Source: Callorhinchus milii (lineage: Eukaryota). From it: a stretch of 64,000 nucleotides of DNA. The stretch is from positions 102,240,001 to 102,304,000 of the forward strand of contig NW_024704743.1 of assembly GCF_018977255.1 (NCBI RefSeq). The letters run 5' to 3'. Under the pieces are notes generated by a model. That model did not search any database and was not told the origin of the DNA. It worked only from the letters and a program-made list of their open reading frames with translations. A program made the position numbers and the translations under genes. This document shows positions 63,361 to 64,000 of the stretch, piece by piece (position 1 is the stretch's first letter; every line of letters begins with the position of its first letter).

Positions 63361-64000
63361 TTAAATCCCGAAAACAAATTAACTTCACAAAGAGAATTTA
63401 TTTGTTTCAGCAATTCAATTTATTTCCTCTCTGAATAAATGGGGAAAATGGGAAGGGGAGGGGTGGGTGAAACACATTGAACAAGGAACCTCCCTTGGAA
63501 TCAGAATGGCATTTGTGGCCAAGGAACTTACTGGCTTCTATACAATCTGTATTCTCTTGTGGTATTCCATCAACCTAGATAAGAAAATTAGGACATTCAG
63601 CCAAGCAGATTAATATGGTCATTAGCCAGTCTTGTCCATGCACCTCATCGATGTTGGCAATCAGATGTCTCTTTATGCCTCAAGCCTCATGCTCCGGTTG
63701 AATTCTGAGGCAGTCGTGAGTACCACTTGGCTCAGCGTGACACTCCAAATAATAATGCCTCTATCAGAAACCTCACTGCAGGCAATATGGACTTTGAATT
63801 ATTTAGGCAGCACTGACAGTAGCTATCGGCTCACTGTGTTTACCTTCCAATAATGTAAATATATTTAACCTCTGTGTCAAATTCGTTTTCCTTTTTAGTC
63901 AAAATACAGGTTGACAAATGAAAAGTTTGTTGAACAAAATCAAAGTGTTGTGTAATGCTTCTTCGAAAGCTATAGTTTCATTACAGCTACAGTCTGTCAG

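Overview
This is AT-rich, CpG-depleted vertebrate DNA with no long protein-coding exon. It is most likely part of a large intron or gene desert. The repeat content points to a cartilaginous fish, probably a chimaera such as Callorhinchus (inference from remembered repeat families, not a database search). A large share of the window is retroposon-derived: (1) L2-clade LINE fragments, including a young CpG-rich subfamily with an uninterrupted ORF2 C-terminus; (2) CR1 fragments; (3) young tRNA-Ala-like SINEs and older Deu-domain SINEs that share the L2 3' stem-loop; (4) seven copies of an unclassified ~600-bp A-tailed repeat; (5) one probable Tigger-like MITE. Nearly all ORFs in the track are LINE remnants or chance ORFs. 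Main observations: repeated insertion of elements into the last ~90 nt of older SINE/L2 tails; two SINEs sharing a 40-nt extension beyond their terminal repeat; two 5'-inverted, twin-priming-like retroposons; and a set of minus-strand candidate small exons (7, 17, 19, 39, 43, 58 and 100 nt) that I cannot assign to a gene and that may partly be chance matches. Repeat boundaries are read by eye and approximate.
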